Source: a virus (Duplodnaviria > Caudoviricetes). From it: DNA of 61,224 nucleotides. Of the stretch, positions 37,716-45,483 are shown one piece after another. The notes beneath the pieces are model-generated. The model was given only the letters and a program-made list of their open reading frames with translations, was not told the DNA's origin and made no database searches. The stretch's first letter is position 1; the number at the start of each line of letters is the position of its first letter. The position numbers were made by a program, and so were the translations under genes. The stretch spans positions 1 through 61,224 of the IMG/VR virus record IMGVR_UViG_3300005253_000610. One strand, 5' to 3'.

Positions 37716-37934
37716 CTATGCCTCTTCCTGTACATAGTCCAACTTCGCCTGCTTCAGATCACCAAGCGTAACGTATGAGAACACTATCTCATCTCCTCTA
37801 AAGCGCCCACGCCGTTGAACCAGCTTCAACCCTTCACCACATTCACACTGGAAGATATGCCTATCTTCAAGGTAGAAGTAGTCATCAGGATTAGCCGACG
37901 CTTCACACTGGCACACTCCGCAGTACAGATACAT
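37716..37934 (-). CDS. Zinc-ribbon small protein
   Basis: CGVC...CECG; SD GGAGGT. Confidence 0.6.
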   Translation of the reverse strand: MYLYCGVCQCEASANPDDYFYLEDRHIFQCECGEGLKLVQRRGRFRGDEIVFSYVTLGDLKQAKLDYVQEEA

Positions 37935-38037
37935 GCTTTACCTCCTTCAGTAACGGGGGAAGCACGGCACTGTGCTGGTGGTATAGGATGGTCAGTCGTA
38001 CCGTGCTTCCCCACACGTGGAGAGTGTGAATGTCTAA

Positions 38038-38547
38038 CTACTTGTTCTTACTCCCCTTGGGCATTCCCCTACTCTTCGTAGTAGTGAGAGGCCCTTTGCC
38101 CTGTTCCGCCCGCTGTAGCAACGCAGAGGCGTACTGGTAGGACACAGACTTGGGCCTGCCATCGCTACCGTCGAGCATGGCGAACGCTTCCCGTTCCTTC
38201 GCCTCTGTCCTATCGCCCCGCATGAACATACGCGCCTGCTTCCCGCCCGCCAGCATGTAGGTCCTGATCGCAGCGACGCTGTGTGTGGCGCACCTGTTGA
38301 GCAGCTTGACCTTGCTTTGGCGCGCGATCTGGGAACTCAGGGCTACCAGTTCAGGATCGTCCGTCTTGATCTGCGTAACGGTTTCCTCTGGTTGCCCCTG
38401 TGGCTTCGCAGCCGAGTGCGCTGTAACAGTTTCCGGTGTCTCCAGCTTGTCCAGGCGTGCATCCATTTCATGCAGCGCGCCCATGATTGCCTGTAGAGCC
38501 TCAATTGTGGTAGGCTCCTCAGCCTGTGTTCTCTTTGTACGTGCCAT
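38038..38547 (-). CDS. Early hypothetical protein (MARTK start)
   Basis: SD GGAGGT; 169 aa. Confidence 0.6.
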   Translation of the reverse strand: MARTKRTQAEEPTTIEALQAIMGALHEMDARLDKLETPETVTAHSAAKPQGQPEETVTQIKTDDPELVALSSQIARQSKVKLLNRCATHSVAAIRTYMLAGGKQARMFMRGDRTEAKEREAFAMLDGSDGRPKSVSYQYASALLQRAEQGKGPLTTTKSRGMPKGSKNK

Positions 38548-38552
38548 GTTAC

Positions 38553-38714
38553 TTACCTCCCCTGACAGGGCTTTGGCCCTTCAACTAACATAACTGAAAG
38601 ATAGAGCACGGTACACATGTTGGCGGCGTAGGCTTCGCGCTCCTCTGCACGGGCATCACTAGGCAGCGTCAACGTACTGCCGCAGTTTGTACATGTTTTC
38701 TTTGTACGTACCAT
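38553..38714 (-). CDS. 53-aa early protein (MVRTK start, CxxC)
   Basis: SD AGGAGG; not in ORF track. Confidence 0.55.
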   Translation of the reverse strand: MVRTKKTCTNCGSTLTLPSDARAEEREAYAANMCTVLYLSVMLVEGPKPCQGR

Positions 38715-38722
38715 GATTCCTC

Positions 38723-38896
38723 CTACGTCTGCAATTCCTCATACTCAACAGATGCCTTAAATGCTGCTGCATCCGGCGTCCCACCAACACGATTACGGAA
38801 CCGGCGGTACGCCCCAATTTCAAGATATAGACTGCCCATCTCTTCTAGCATATCAATATCGAGTGGAGAGTACAGTCGTTTCTTAGTACGTGCCAT
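38723..38896 (-). CDS. 57-aa early protein (MARTK start)
   Basis: SD AGGGGG; not in ORF track. Confidence 0.55.
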   Translation of the reverse strand: MARTKKRLYSPLDIDMLEEMGSLYLEIGAYRRFRNRVGGTPDAAAFKASVEYEELQT

Positions 38897-38975
38897 TGTT
38901 TCCCCCTACTAGGCACAGTAGCCTAGCTATAGCTTCTCTTGGTTTCCTACTACCGGCCTTGCAGCATTCCCTACA

Positions 38976-39128
38976 TCACCTAGCCTTTCTGACTACCGCC
39001 ACCCACTGGTGATACTCGTATCCCATGCACGAGCTGTTAGCCCCATATGTAGATGCCCGAACACGGATACTACACCGCGAACATTCTACCATCGTATACT
39101 GAGGGACCACCTGTTGTTTGGCATCCAC
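38976..39128 (-). CDS. 50-aa Cys/His protein, first gene of the leftward arm
   Basis: GTG start with SD AAGGGAG; CSRC...C....H. Confidence 0.4.
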   Translation of the reverse strand: MDAKQQVVPQYTMVECSRCSIRVRASTYGANSSCMGYEYHQWVAVVRKAR

Positions 39129-39164
39129 GGAATACTCCCTTCTATTCCTCGTTCTATTGCTTCT

Positions 39165-39193
39165 ACTCTACTCCTTCCTCCGCCTCTTGTCAA
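39165..39193 (-). promoter_or_regulatory. Leftward early promoter
   Basis: TTGACA-17-TAGAGT on the minus strand. Confidence 0.6.
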
Positions 39194-39278
39194 TCCCCCA
39201 AATGTTTGCATATCTCTCTGACTCTAACCTTTACGTCAACGTGAGGGTTCCTCTAACCCTATTCTAATCGCGCGTACG

Positions 39279-39307
39279 CGTATACCATATAGATAACTGT
39301 CTGTCAA
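39279..39307 (-). promoter_or_regulatory. Leftward early promoter 2
   Basis: TTGACA-17-TGnTATACG on the minus strand. Confidence 0.55.
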
Positions 39308-39804
39308 GGTTAGACGGGTGTACCCTAGTAAGTAGATAGAGATCATATACAATAGATCACTTGAATACTTGAATAGATAGAGGGATGCTAGATACATAGG
39401 ATGCTAGTATGCTAGTATACTAGTACTCATACACCATCCCTCCCCTCTAGTCTATATAGTATGTAAGGAGATACTGTACTACTATTAGTATACTACTAAC
39501 AGTCTACCTATATACTATATACATAGGGATACTATACATACTATAGTATACACTCTTGTACTAGCCTTGACAGTGTACGCGCGCGATTATAATAGAGATA
39601 CATGGTCCCTCCCCTTATGTATACATATATACTCCGGGATACTTTCTTATACCCCCAGTACCCCCCTATATATATATAATTGTAGGGGTGGGGGGATACT
39701 TCCATTCTTGTATACTGAAGGGGGGCGCACCTGGGTACCACGTATATGTAGCTGTATGCATAGCAAGCCAAGCATTTTTGACCATCTACTAGGAAGGTAT
39801 AGTG

Positions 39805-39835
39805 GAACATACGTTCTACTCGAATATGGTATACT
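39805..39835 (+). promoter_or_regulatory. LexA-type box over the -35 position of an extended -10 promoter
   Basis: GAAC-ATAC-GTTC (39805..39816); TGGTATACT (39827..39835). Confidence 0.6.
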
Positions 39836-39852
39836 GTATATAGGAGGTATGT

Positions 39853-40299
39853 ATGGCAGATTTTGATAAGAATAGATTCAAAAGTACGAACCAATCGTGG
39901 GAGACACCTGATAGTCTATTTGATCAAATAGATGCAGTGTTCCACTTCACACGTGATGTTTGTGCCTCACTCGAAAATACTAAGTGTAAAGAGTTTTGGA
40001 CAGAGGAAGATTCCTGCTTAACTAAGTCTTGGGATGGGGTGAATTGGATGAATCCACCTTATGCGGACATGAAGAAGTTCGTCCAAAAGGCGTATGAAGA
40101 AAGAGTTAATGGCGTTACAGTTTGTTTGATCCCGGCACGAACCAATACAAAATGGTGGCATGACTGGTGTATGCAAGGGGAGATATACTTCATCTGTGGA
40201 AGGCCTAAATTTAAGGGATGTGTCTATGGTTTGCCACAACCACTAGCCTTTGTAGTATTCGGTAGAGGGAAAGGGGTTATGAAGTCATTTTACCTATAA
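39853..40299 (+). CDS. Second phage DNA N6-adenine methyltransferase (Dam-phage family)
   Basis: WETP..LFD, DVCAS..N.KC, WMNPPY, LIPARTNTKWW, GRPKF. Confidence 0.9.
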   Translation: MADFDKNRFKSTNQSWETPDSLFDQIDAVFHFTRDVCASLENTKCKEFWTEEDSCLTKSWDGVNWMNPPYADMKKFVQKAYEERVNGVTVCLIPARTNTKWWHDWCMQGEIYFICGRPKFKGCVYGLPQPLAFVVFGRGKGVMKSFYL

Positions 40300-40317
40300 C
40301 ATGTGCTCTATCAAGAC

Positions 40318-40347
40318 GAACGTATGTTCTAGTAAGAATGGTATAAG
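40318..40347 (+). promoter_or_regulatory. LexA-type box upstream of an extended -10
   Basis: GAAC-GTAT-GTTC (40318..40329); TGGTATAAG. Confidence 0.55.
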
Positions 40348-40446
40348 TGCTGCTATCATCGGGGCGCTCTGGAATATTACTATATATAGGGGGTTGTGTT
40401 CTGCTAGAAGGGGTGGTATACTGTAAGTAGAAAGGAGGGCAGTATC

Positions 40447-40839
40447 ATGTCTGCTCTAACTACGTACCCTGACACTTCAGCTCAGGACCAATTGAGGGAA
40501 TGGTTCACTAATAGGGGGTTTAGGCCAAAGCACTTGCGGTGGGAATGGAACAGTGAGGACGGGAGGGTCGTTTTCTCTACAACGAAGAATAACTATTTCG
40601 TAGTGTTTAAGGCCGCCTATCTCGGTATGGGGGCATCTTCTCGACTTGCACGTCCGGGTGAAACCTGGCTACGAGGGAATGATCTTCCTGATGGGAAATT
40701 CTCCAAAGAAACCTTTGATAAGATGATGGACGCTGTGCTGATGTATGAACTGCGTGCGGTATCAGAGGAACAAGCACTCCCACCGTGGGAGCTAGAAAAG
40801 CCTTTAAATATCCCTGACCCGGCGTATTTGACTTCCTAG
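40447..40839 (+). CDS. Hypothetical protein
   Basis: SD AAGGAGG, upstream TGGTATACT; YLG.GAS.R..RPGETW.RGNDLPDG. Confidence 0.65.
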   Translation: MSALTTYPDTSAQDQLREWFTNRGFRPKHLRWEWNSEDGRVVFSTTKNNYFVVFKAAYLGMGASSRLARPGETWLRGNDLPDGKFSKETFDKMMDAVLMYELRAVSEEQALPPWELEKPLNIPDPAYLTS

Positions 40840-40863
40840 ATGAGAGGTAGTATACTGAAGGTA

Positions 40864-41026
40864 GACGGTTCTAGCACTAGCCTAAGTGTCTGCGGCGTAC
40901 TACGTATGCGATATGCGGATTACCATGATGGCTGTGATGTTGGAACTGGGGGTCGGACCCGGGCACCCTTTAGATGGCTCGTGTAGGGCCAGCGTGAGAA
41001 GCCCTCAGAAATGGGGGCTTTCTCAT
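40864..41026 (+). ncRNA. Candidate structured ncRNA 1
   Basis: TTGACT-17-TATACT promoter; long hairpin plus two small hairpins plus terminal GAAA hairpin; no ORF with SD. Confidence 0.55.
40994..41026 (+). terminator. Terminator-like hairpin
   Basis: AGCCCTCA-GAAA-TGGGGGCT followed by TTCTC. Confidence 0.6.
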
Positions 41027-41066
41027 ACCCTTGCTAAGTAGTGGGAAATGTGGTATACTTAGAGTA

Positions 41067-41240
41067 GACCCCTGTACTGTTGCATGGGCAGCGATGCAGC
41101 GTTCTGAGATATGACGCTCGTCGTGGGGGTGAAGGGGCGCAAGTTCACGTCAGTCGGTTCGGCCATTGGCATGTGAGGCTGGCACTAGTGGATAGGGAGT
41201 ATACATTGTGCAAGGGGCGTAAGGGGGATTCGCCCTAATC
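41067..41240 (+). ncRNA. Candidate structured ncRNA 2 / long leader
   Basis: TTGCTA-17-TGnTATACT promoter; multiple GU-containing hairpins. Confidence 0.5.
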
Positions 41241-41270
41241 TAGAAGGACTAAAATAGGAGGTATAGGATC

Positions 41271-41429
41271 ATGTTCACAAAGAAACAGGAATGCTACGGA
41301 TGTCCGACAGCTATCCACTGCATATGTAAGATACAGAGGTACTGTCCGGTCCACACCCCCTCTAGATGGGGCCAGATGCGTTTCACATGCTATGTGGGGA
41401 TGCTTGCAGCGGTAGCGGGAATAACGTAA
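41271..41429 (+). CDS. 52-aa Cys-rich protein
   Basis: SD AGGAGGT; CYGC...C.C....CPVH. Confidence 0.5.
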   Translation: MFTKKQECYGCPTAIHCICKIQRYCPVHTPSRWGQMRFTCYVGMLAAVAGIT

Positions 41430-41465
41430 TATCCCGTTATACTATTATATATATAGGAGGACTAG

Positions 41466-41675
41466 ATGGGAAAATATCCGCAGGGTGACGAACTGTGCTA
41501 TCATGGGCGAGACTGTGAATGCATTGTAAAGAAAACGTTAAAAGCAGAATGGCTGGAGGGGGAAATTGATCGCCTCTTGTATGAGATAGGGCCTAGAGGG
41601 GAGCGGGAGCGGGATAGGACTGAGAGGCTGCTTACACTGTTTACTCTTGCGATGAGGCTCCAGGATGGCGCATGA
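41466..41675 (+). CDS. Hypothetical protein
   Basis: SD AGGAGG. Confidence 0.55.
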   Translation: MGKYPQGDELCYHGRDCECIVKKTLKAEWLEGEIDRLLYEIGPRGERERDRTERLLTLFTLAMRLQDGA

Positions 41676-41712
41676 GGGGATACTATTACATATATAGGAA
41701 GGAGGATTAGGC

Positions 41713-41880
41713 ATGGTTGAGAAGAAGATGATCGTAAGACAGTCCCTCCGCACTGACGGTCCCTTTATAGTGGTACGGACCATAAATACGGTAGAAATTC
41801 GAGTAGGAGAGATGGTGGAGTGGAGGCTGTTACAGGACTTAATCTACCTCAGAGGGATTACTGTCGAGGTAGTTTCTTAG
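41713..41880 (+). CDS. 55-aa protein, paralog of 43230..43400
   Basis: SD AAGGAGG; SL..DG..IV..T.N..E...LLQ..I..GI.VEVV. Confidence 0.6.
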   Translation: MVEKKMIVRQSLRTDGPFIVVRTINTVEIRVGEMVEWRLLQDLIYLRGITVEVVS

Positions 41881-41892
41881 GGCTTATTTCAT

Positions 41893-42402
41893 ATGTGGAA
41901 TGAAGAAGTCCTCTGTGCTTGTGGCTGCGCTACTACCTTCACTGAAGACCTCCGTGTAGGCCGTCCGAGGGAGTACCTGAACTTCACCCACGCTAAGAAG
42001 GTAGCAATGAAGAACTACCGGAGGCGGGTGAAGGAGGGGGTACAGATAGTAGGGGACCAATGTAGGCGATACCAGCCTAAGTCTCTCAAGATCGCTGAGA
42101 AGGTATTCGAGGATCATTGTAAGTACAACAAGATCGGGCACCGCTACTGTCCCAAGTCCCTCCCTCGTACACAGAACCGTTGTCCTGCGGCCTTCCACAA
42201 AGACTGGACGTGTGATCAGAAGCTCTGCATTGCCTACGGGACGCTCCTAGACGATTTCCTCGAATGGAAGATTCCTAACTATCGCCGTAGGTATACTACC
42301 TACCTGGGGTTCTGGATGAATGATTTTGACAAGGCTGATGCGGTTAATCCCTTACCTACTAGCGATCTCCAACCTTGGGAGGAAGAGGGGGTATACGTAT
42401 GA
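41893..42402 (+). CDS. CACGC zinc-binding protein, paralog 1
   Basis: CACGC...RVGRPREYLN...HC...C...RCPA...C..Y.TL.DD. Confidence 0.65.
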   Translation: MWNEEVLCACGCATTFTEDLRVGRPREYLNFTHAKKVAMKNYRRRVKEGVQIVGDQCRRYQPKSLKIAEKVFEDHCKYNKIGHRYCPKSLPRTQNRCPAAFHKDWTCDQKLCIAYGTLLDDFLEWKIPNYRRRYTTYLGFWMNDFDKADAVNPLPTSDLQPWEEEGVYV

Positions 42403-42821
42403 GCCGTCTAGTTGTGTGTGCTTGTGGCTGTGGTGCAAACTTTATAGAGGAGCCGAGAGTAGGGCGTCCACGGGAGTACCTGAATGAAAGGCACTCACAA
42501 CGGGATAAGCAACGGCGGTATCGTCTAAACAAGCGTGAGGGCGTACTTGCTGGCCTCTCCAAGACGGGCCGATGTACTCGTCGGTATCCTAGATCACGTG
42601 AAGCCGCGCTTAAGGCGTTTAACAGACATTGTGATCATGGAACAAAGGCGGCGCTTAACTGTGTACAGGCTGATCCTGTTCAGTATCGTTGTCCGGCAGT
42701 TGTACAGAAGGACCCACAATTCTGCTTGGTTTATGCAACACTCTATGATGACTACATGGAGCTAGCATTGCCGGGCCGTTACACGCGGGAACGTACAACA
42801 GATGACGGGCTTTGGCTATAA
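42399..42821 (+). CDS. CACGC zinc-binding protein, paralog 2
   Basis: Same motifs; ATGA coupling. Confidence 0.65.
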   Translation: MSRLVVCACGCGANFIEEPRVGRPREYLNERHSQRDKQRRYRLNKREGVLAGLSKTGRCTRRYPRSREAALKAFNRHCDHGTKAALNCVQADPVQYRCPAVVQKDPQFCLVYATLYDDYMELALPGRYTRERTTDDGLWL

Positions 42822-42822
42822 C

Positions 42823-42983
42823 ATATACTATACGGTAGTGTCTACTGAAACTAAATTACGGTTATTCGATTAAGAGCTAATCTATGTAGGTAAGTTAGCA
42901 GTTAATGAGAGCAATTGTTCTGGCAATTGTTATTGTAGGGAATAACCGTAATTAACTTTAAGTAGACATGTGCTATAGTATAT
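42823..42983. repeat. Long AT-rich inverted repeat enclosing two inner hairpins
   Basis: Arms 42840..42867 and 42940..42967 match at 25/28; outer ATATACTATA/TATAGTATAT. Confidence 0.8.
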
Positions 42984-43000
42984 TACTAATGGGCTGCTGC

Positions 43001-43030
43001 TTGACATTCCCCCGTTCCCTGTGATACAAT
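43001..43030 (+). promoter_or_regulatory. Sigma70/A promoter
   Basis: TTGACA-18-TGnTACAAT. Confidence 0.65.
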
Positions 43031-43054
43031 TATAGTGAGAGGAGTATAAGAACA

Positions 43055-43204
43055 ATGCCTACCGAAGCGCCAGTCAAGACCCCTACCAAGACTCCTACAG
43101 AAGCACCGGAGAAGACTCCTGATCCTGAGAAGTATTACAGTCCAAAACGCCTTTGCGATGACCAAAAGCGTGACGGAGGATTTCGTACGGCTCCCCAGAA
43201 GTAG
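43055..43204 (+). CDS. 49-aa Pro/Thr-repeat peptide
   Basis: SD GAGGAG; MPTEAPVKTPTKTPTEAPEKTPDP. Confidence 0.55.
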   Translation: MPTEAPVKTPTKTPTEAPEKTPDPEKYYSPKRLCDDQKRDGGFRTAPQK

Positions 43205-43229
43205 TCAACTAATACTATAGGAGGCAGAC

Positions 43230-43400
43230 ATGAACAAGCAGATCACTGTTAAGGTTCGTACATCCCTTGATGGGAGTGTAACGTATATAGTAATTGCGAC
43301 GGTTAACGTGTTGGAGACTTCTATACACAGTGAAATCTCTGAGAAGCTATTACAAACCTTTATATCTCAAGGAATTGATGTTGAGGTTGTAGAAGGCTAG
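43230..43400 (+). CDS. 56-aa protein, paralog of 41713..41880
   Basis: SD AGGAGG; shared motifs. Confidence 0.6.
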   Translation: MNKQITVKVRTSLDGSVTYIVIATVNVLETSIHSEISEKLLQTFISQGIDVEVVEG

Positions 43401-43401
43401 T

Positions 43402-44214
43402 ATGCGTGTCCCATCCTGTACTCTCTGTAATATCGTAACAACTGCGGAAGCTGAACGGGATACTCCGATACCCCCCTATATCCCCCTATACTGTCCTTCT
43501 CACTACACCTATATGTTCGTAGCTACGGGCCATGATGTGGATGATGTGGAATTTGATGCAGAGGATGAGGGGGATCGGCAGGGCATCGAAGAAGCTATCC
43601 GATTCTTCTATGATAATGGGCGTCTGGATAGCGGTAAGACGATCAGCGTTCTCCTCCGTCTGGGAACGTTCCACGCAACAGGATCAGGAGCAGGGCATGT
43701 GCGCCTCCACGTATCTTCAATATCCCCCTATAAGGAAATGCCACAAGAGCTAGCGAATGAAATCGCAGAGGAAGCAGAGGAAGTAGTCCACTATTACCAC
43801 CCTGACATCTACCCTGACTTCCAGTATGATGCTCTTTGGACTATGAGGGAGATTAGTGATGAGGAAGTCGAGGAACGTGTCCAGGGGTTCCAGTATGCGA
43901 TGGATAGGGAGATAGCCCGTCTTCTGGCCTTTAAGTATGATGGCTGGTCCTGGAGGTTCGATCCTGATTGGAGAGAGAGGCATCACAAGTGGGTGGAGGC
44001 ATACTATGATGAGGAGATAGATAATGGTGATCTTGTATATGTATCGGAACAAAAGCACATACTCCGGTATGATCTCGAAGACCTCCCCTTCCACCTGCAA
44101 CGAGCACTAGTTACACATTGGGAACACATCTGGGAGAACTGGGCAGATCGCTATCTCCCCACACCACTACCACGTCCTGGGGATAGTATTGTAATACGAT
44201 GGGAGAAGAATTAG
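43402..44214 (+). CDS. Acidic hypothetical protein with N-terminal CxxC...CxxH
   Basis: 270-aa ORF. Confidence 0.55.
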   Translation: MRVPSCTLCNIVTTAEAERDTPIPPYIPLYCPSHYTYMFVATGHDVDDVEFDAEDEGDRQGIEEAIRFFYDNGRLDSGKTISVLLRLGTFHATGSGAGHVRLHVSSISPYKEMPQELANEIAEEAEEVVHYYHPDIYPDFQYDALWTMREISDEEVEERVQGFQYAMDREIARLLAFKYDGWSWRFDPDWRERHHKWVEAYYDEEIDNGDLVYVSEQKHILRYDLEDLPFHLQRALVTHWEHIWENWADRYLPTPLPRPGDSIVIRWEKN

Positions 44215-44215
44215 G

Positions 44216-44719
44216 ATGGCTATATCTGACCTGATACCTGAGGATAATCCCACCTTCCGTATGATGCTTCCAATGGAAGGGGCGTGGATGATACGGAACA
44301 TCATTCGGCCTGGGATTGATATTGCTTATCGTGATCCTGCGGTCAACGAGATTGACCGTATTACCCGCGCCCTTCGTATACGGGTAAACAATCTGATCCT
44401 TCGTATGATGGATGAGGAAGAAGATGCGCTAGAGATTGAGTTAGACAGTCAAGAAGCGTGGGCACTCGATTCCATTATTCCATTCGACGGTCCTGGTGGT
44501 GTGGGAACGGGAATGATCGTCAGCATCCTCCGTGGGCTATGGTATCTGGATATAGGACGGCATATTGCTGGTACGTCTGATCTCGTTGCTGATCCCCGTG
44601 CAGACTGGTCTAATACTAAACTGAAGGGCTTAGCAAAAGGCTCAGAGGGAGTGCCCGCAACACCACAGATGCACGGCTTTCCAGACGACTTTGCACCCTC
44701 TACAGAAGATATGGTATAA
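44216..44719 (+). CDS. Hypothetical protein
   Basis: 167-aa ORF with SD. Confidence 0.55.
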   Translation: MAISDLIPEDNPTFRMMLPMEGAWMIRNIIRPGIDIAYRDPAVNEIDRITRALRIRVNNLILRMMDEEEDALEIELDSQEAWALDSIIPFDGPGGVGTGMIVSILRGLWYLDIGRHIAGTSDLVADPRADWSNTKLKGLAKGSEGVPATPQMHGFPDDFAPSTEDMV

Positions 44720-44758
44720 TTAGATTACCAGTCCTGGGTGTAAAGTCCGGCACTGTTA

Positions 44759-44796
44759 ACCGTCACCTCTACAAGCGGGGTGGCGGCTTTCTTTTG
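44759..44796 (+). terminator. Rho-independent terminator
   Basis: CCGTCACCT...GGGTGGCGG followed by CTTTCTTTT. Confidence 0.75.
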
Positions 44797-44802
44797 CCCC
44801 AT

Positions 44803-44834
44803 CCTTGACGTTAACGTAAGGGTCATGGTATACT
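44803..44834 (+). promoter_or_regulatory. Late promoter with palindromic operator
   Basis: CCTTGACGTTAACGTAAGG; TTGACG-18-TGnTATACT. Confidence 0.75.
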
Positions 44835-44943
44835 TAGTATAGTGCAGTATGAGTATGGGTGCGATGCCTGTACTTTGGGGGGCCGATGACTGCCTCCTTC
44901 AAAGGTCCCCCAGCACTATTCTTATGAGATGTGAGGACAGCAG

Positions 44944-45090
44944 ATGAACAGCGATGAACAGTTTCAGAAGCTCTATGATGTCTTCGTTCGGATGTATGAT
45001 ATTCATGTCATAAATACTGTAGCAACTCTTCTGGCGGCGTGTGTGAGCGTGGTTGCACTTACTATTGCTATTATTGCGGTGACAAACTAG
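44944..45090 (+). CDS. 48-aa TM protein
   Basis: SD GAGG; C-terminal hydrophobic helix; abuts terS. Confidence 0.55.
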   Translation: MNSDEQFQKLYDVFVRMYDIHVINTVATLLAACVSVVALTIAIIAVTN

Positions 45091-45483
45091 ATGCCAGATA
45101 AGGGAGGCGCTAGGATAAGTGATAACCGTCGTCGGCGTATACTGGATCGGACTGACGGTTATATTATCAAACATCTGCCAGAGTATATTGGAATCCTTGA
45201 AGAACTGGCTAAAGGTGTATGGTTTGAGAAAGTAGATGGACGGTCTGATACCTCAAAGATATATAGGCAGATACCTGATCGTCAGGCACTTGAGTTCCTG
45301 ATTGAGCATGGGATTGGTAAGGTCCCCCAGAGGCATGAGCTATCAGGAGAAGAAGGTGAAGTTACGTTCATCCCATGGGTGCCCACGCTGACACCTAAAC
45401 CGAAGGAGATCGAAGGAGAAGTAGTAGATGCCGAGACATACGAAAAAGAGGAAACCGAAGGGGTAGCTAGTGGCACGTCCTAA
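45091..45483 (+). CDS. terS: Putative terminase small subunit
   Basis: Directly upstream of terL; PDRQALEFLIEHGIGKVPQRHELSG motif. Confidence 0.65.
   Translation: MPDKGGARISDNRRRRILDRTDGYIIKHLPEYIGILEELAKGVWFEKVDGRSDTSKIYRQIPDRQALEFLIEHGIGKVPQRHELSGEEGEVTFIPWVPTLTPKPKEIEGEVVDAETYEKEETEGVASGTS

Noticed and set aside
38533-38547. Histone H3 N-terminus mimicry (MARTK)
   Set aside because: Similarity stops after 5-7 residues, MARTK-like starts are common in bacteria, and the host is prokaryotic
39541-39894. ORFs 39541..39894 (-) and 39567..39866 (+)
   Set aside because: Tyr/Ile-rich translations of TA-repeat DNA without SD; treated as non-coding control region
41125-41240. tmRNA/tRNA-like (GGGGGTGAA..., GGGGCG...GGATTCG)
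   Set aside because: No T-arm/acceptor 3' end with CCA and no tag ORF; kept only as a generic structured RNA
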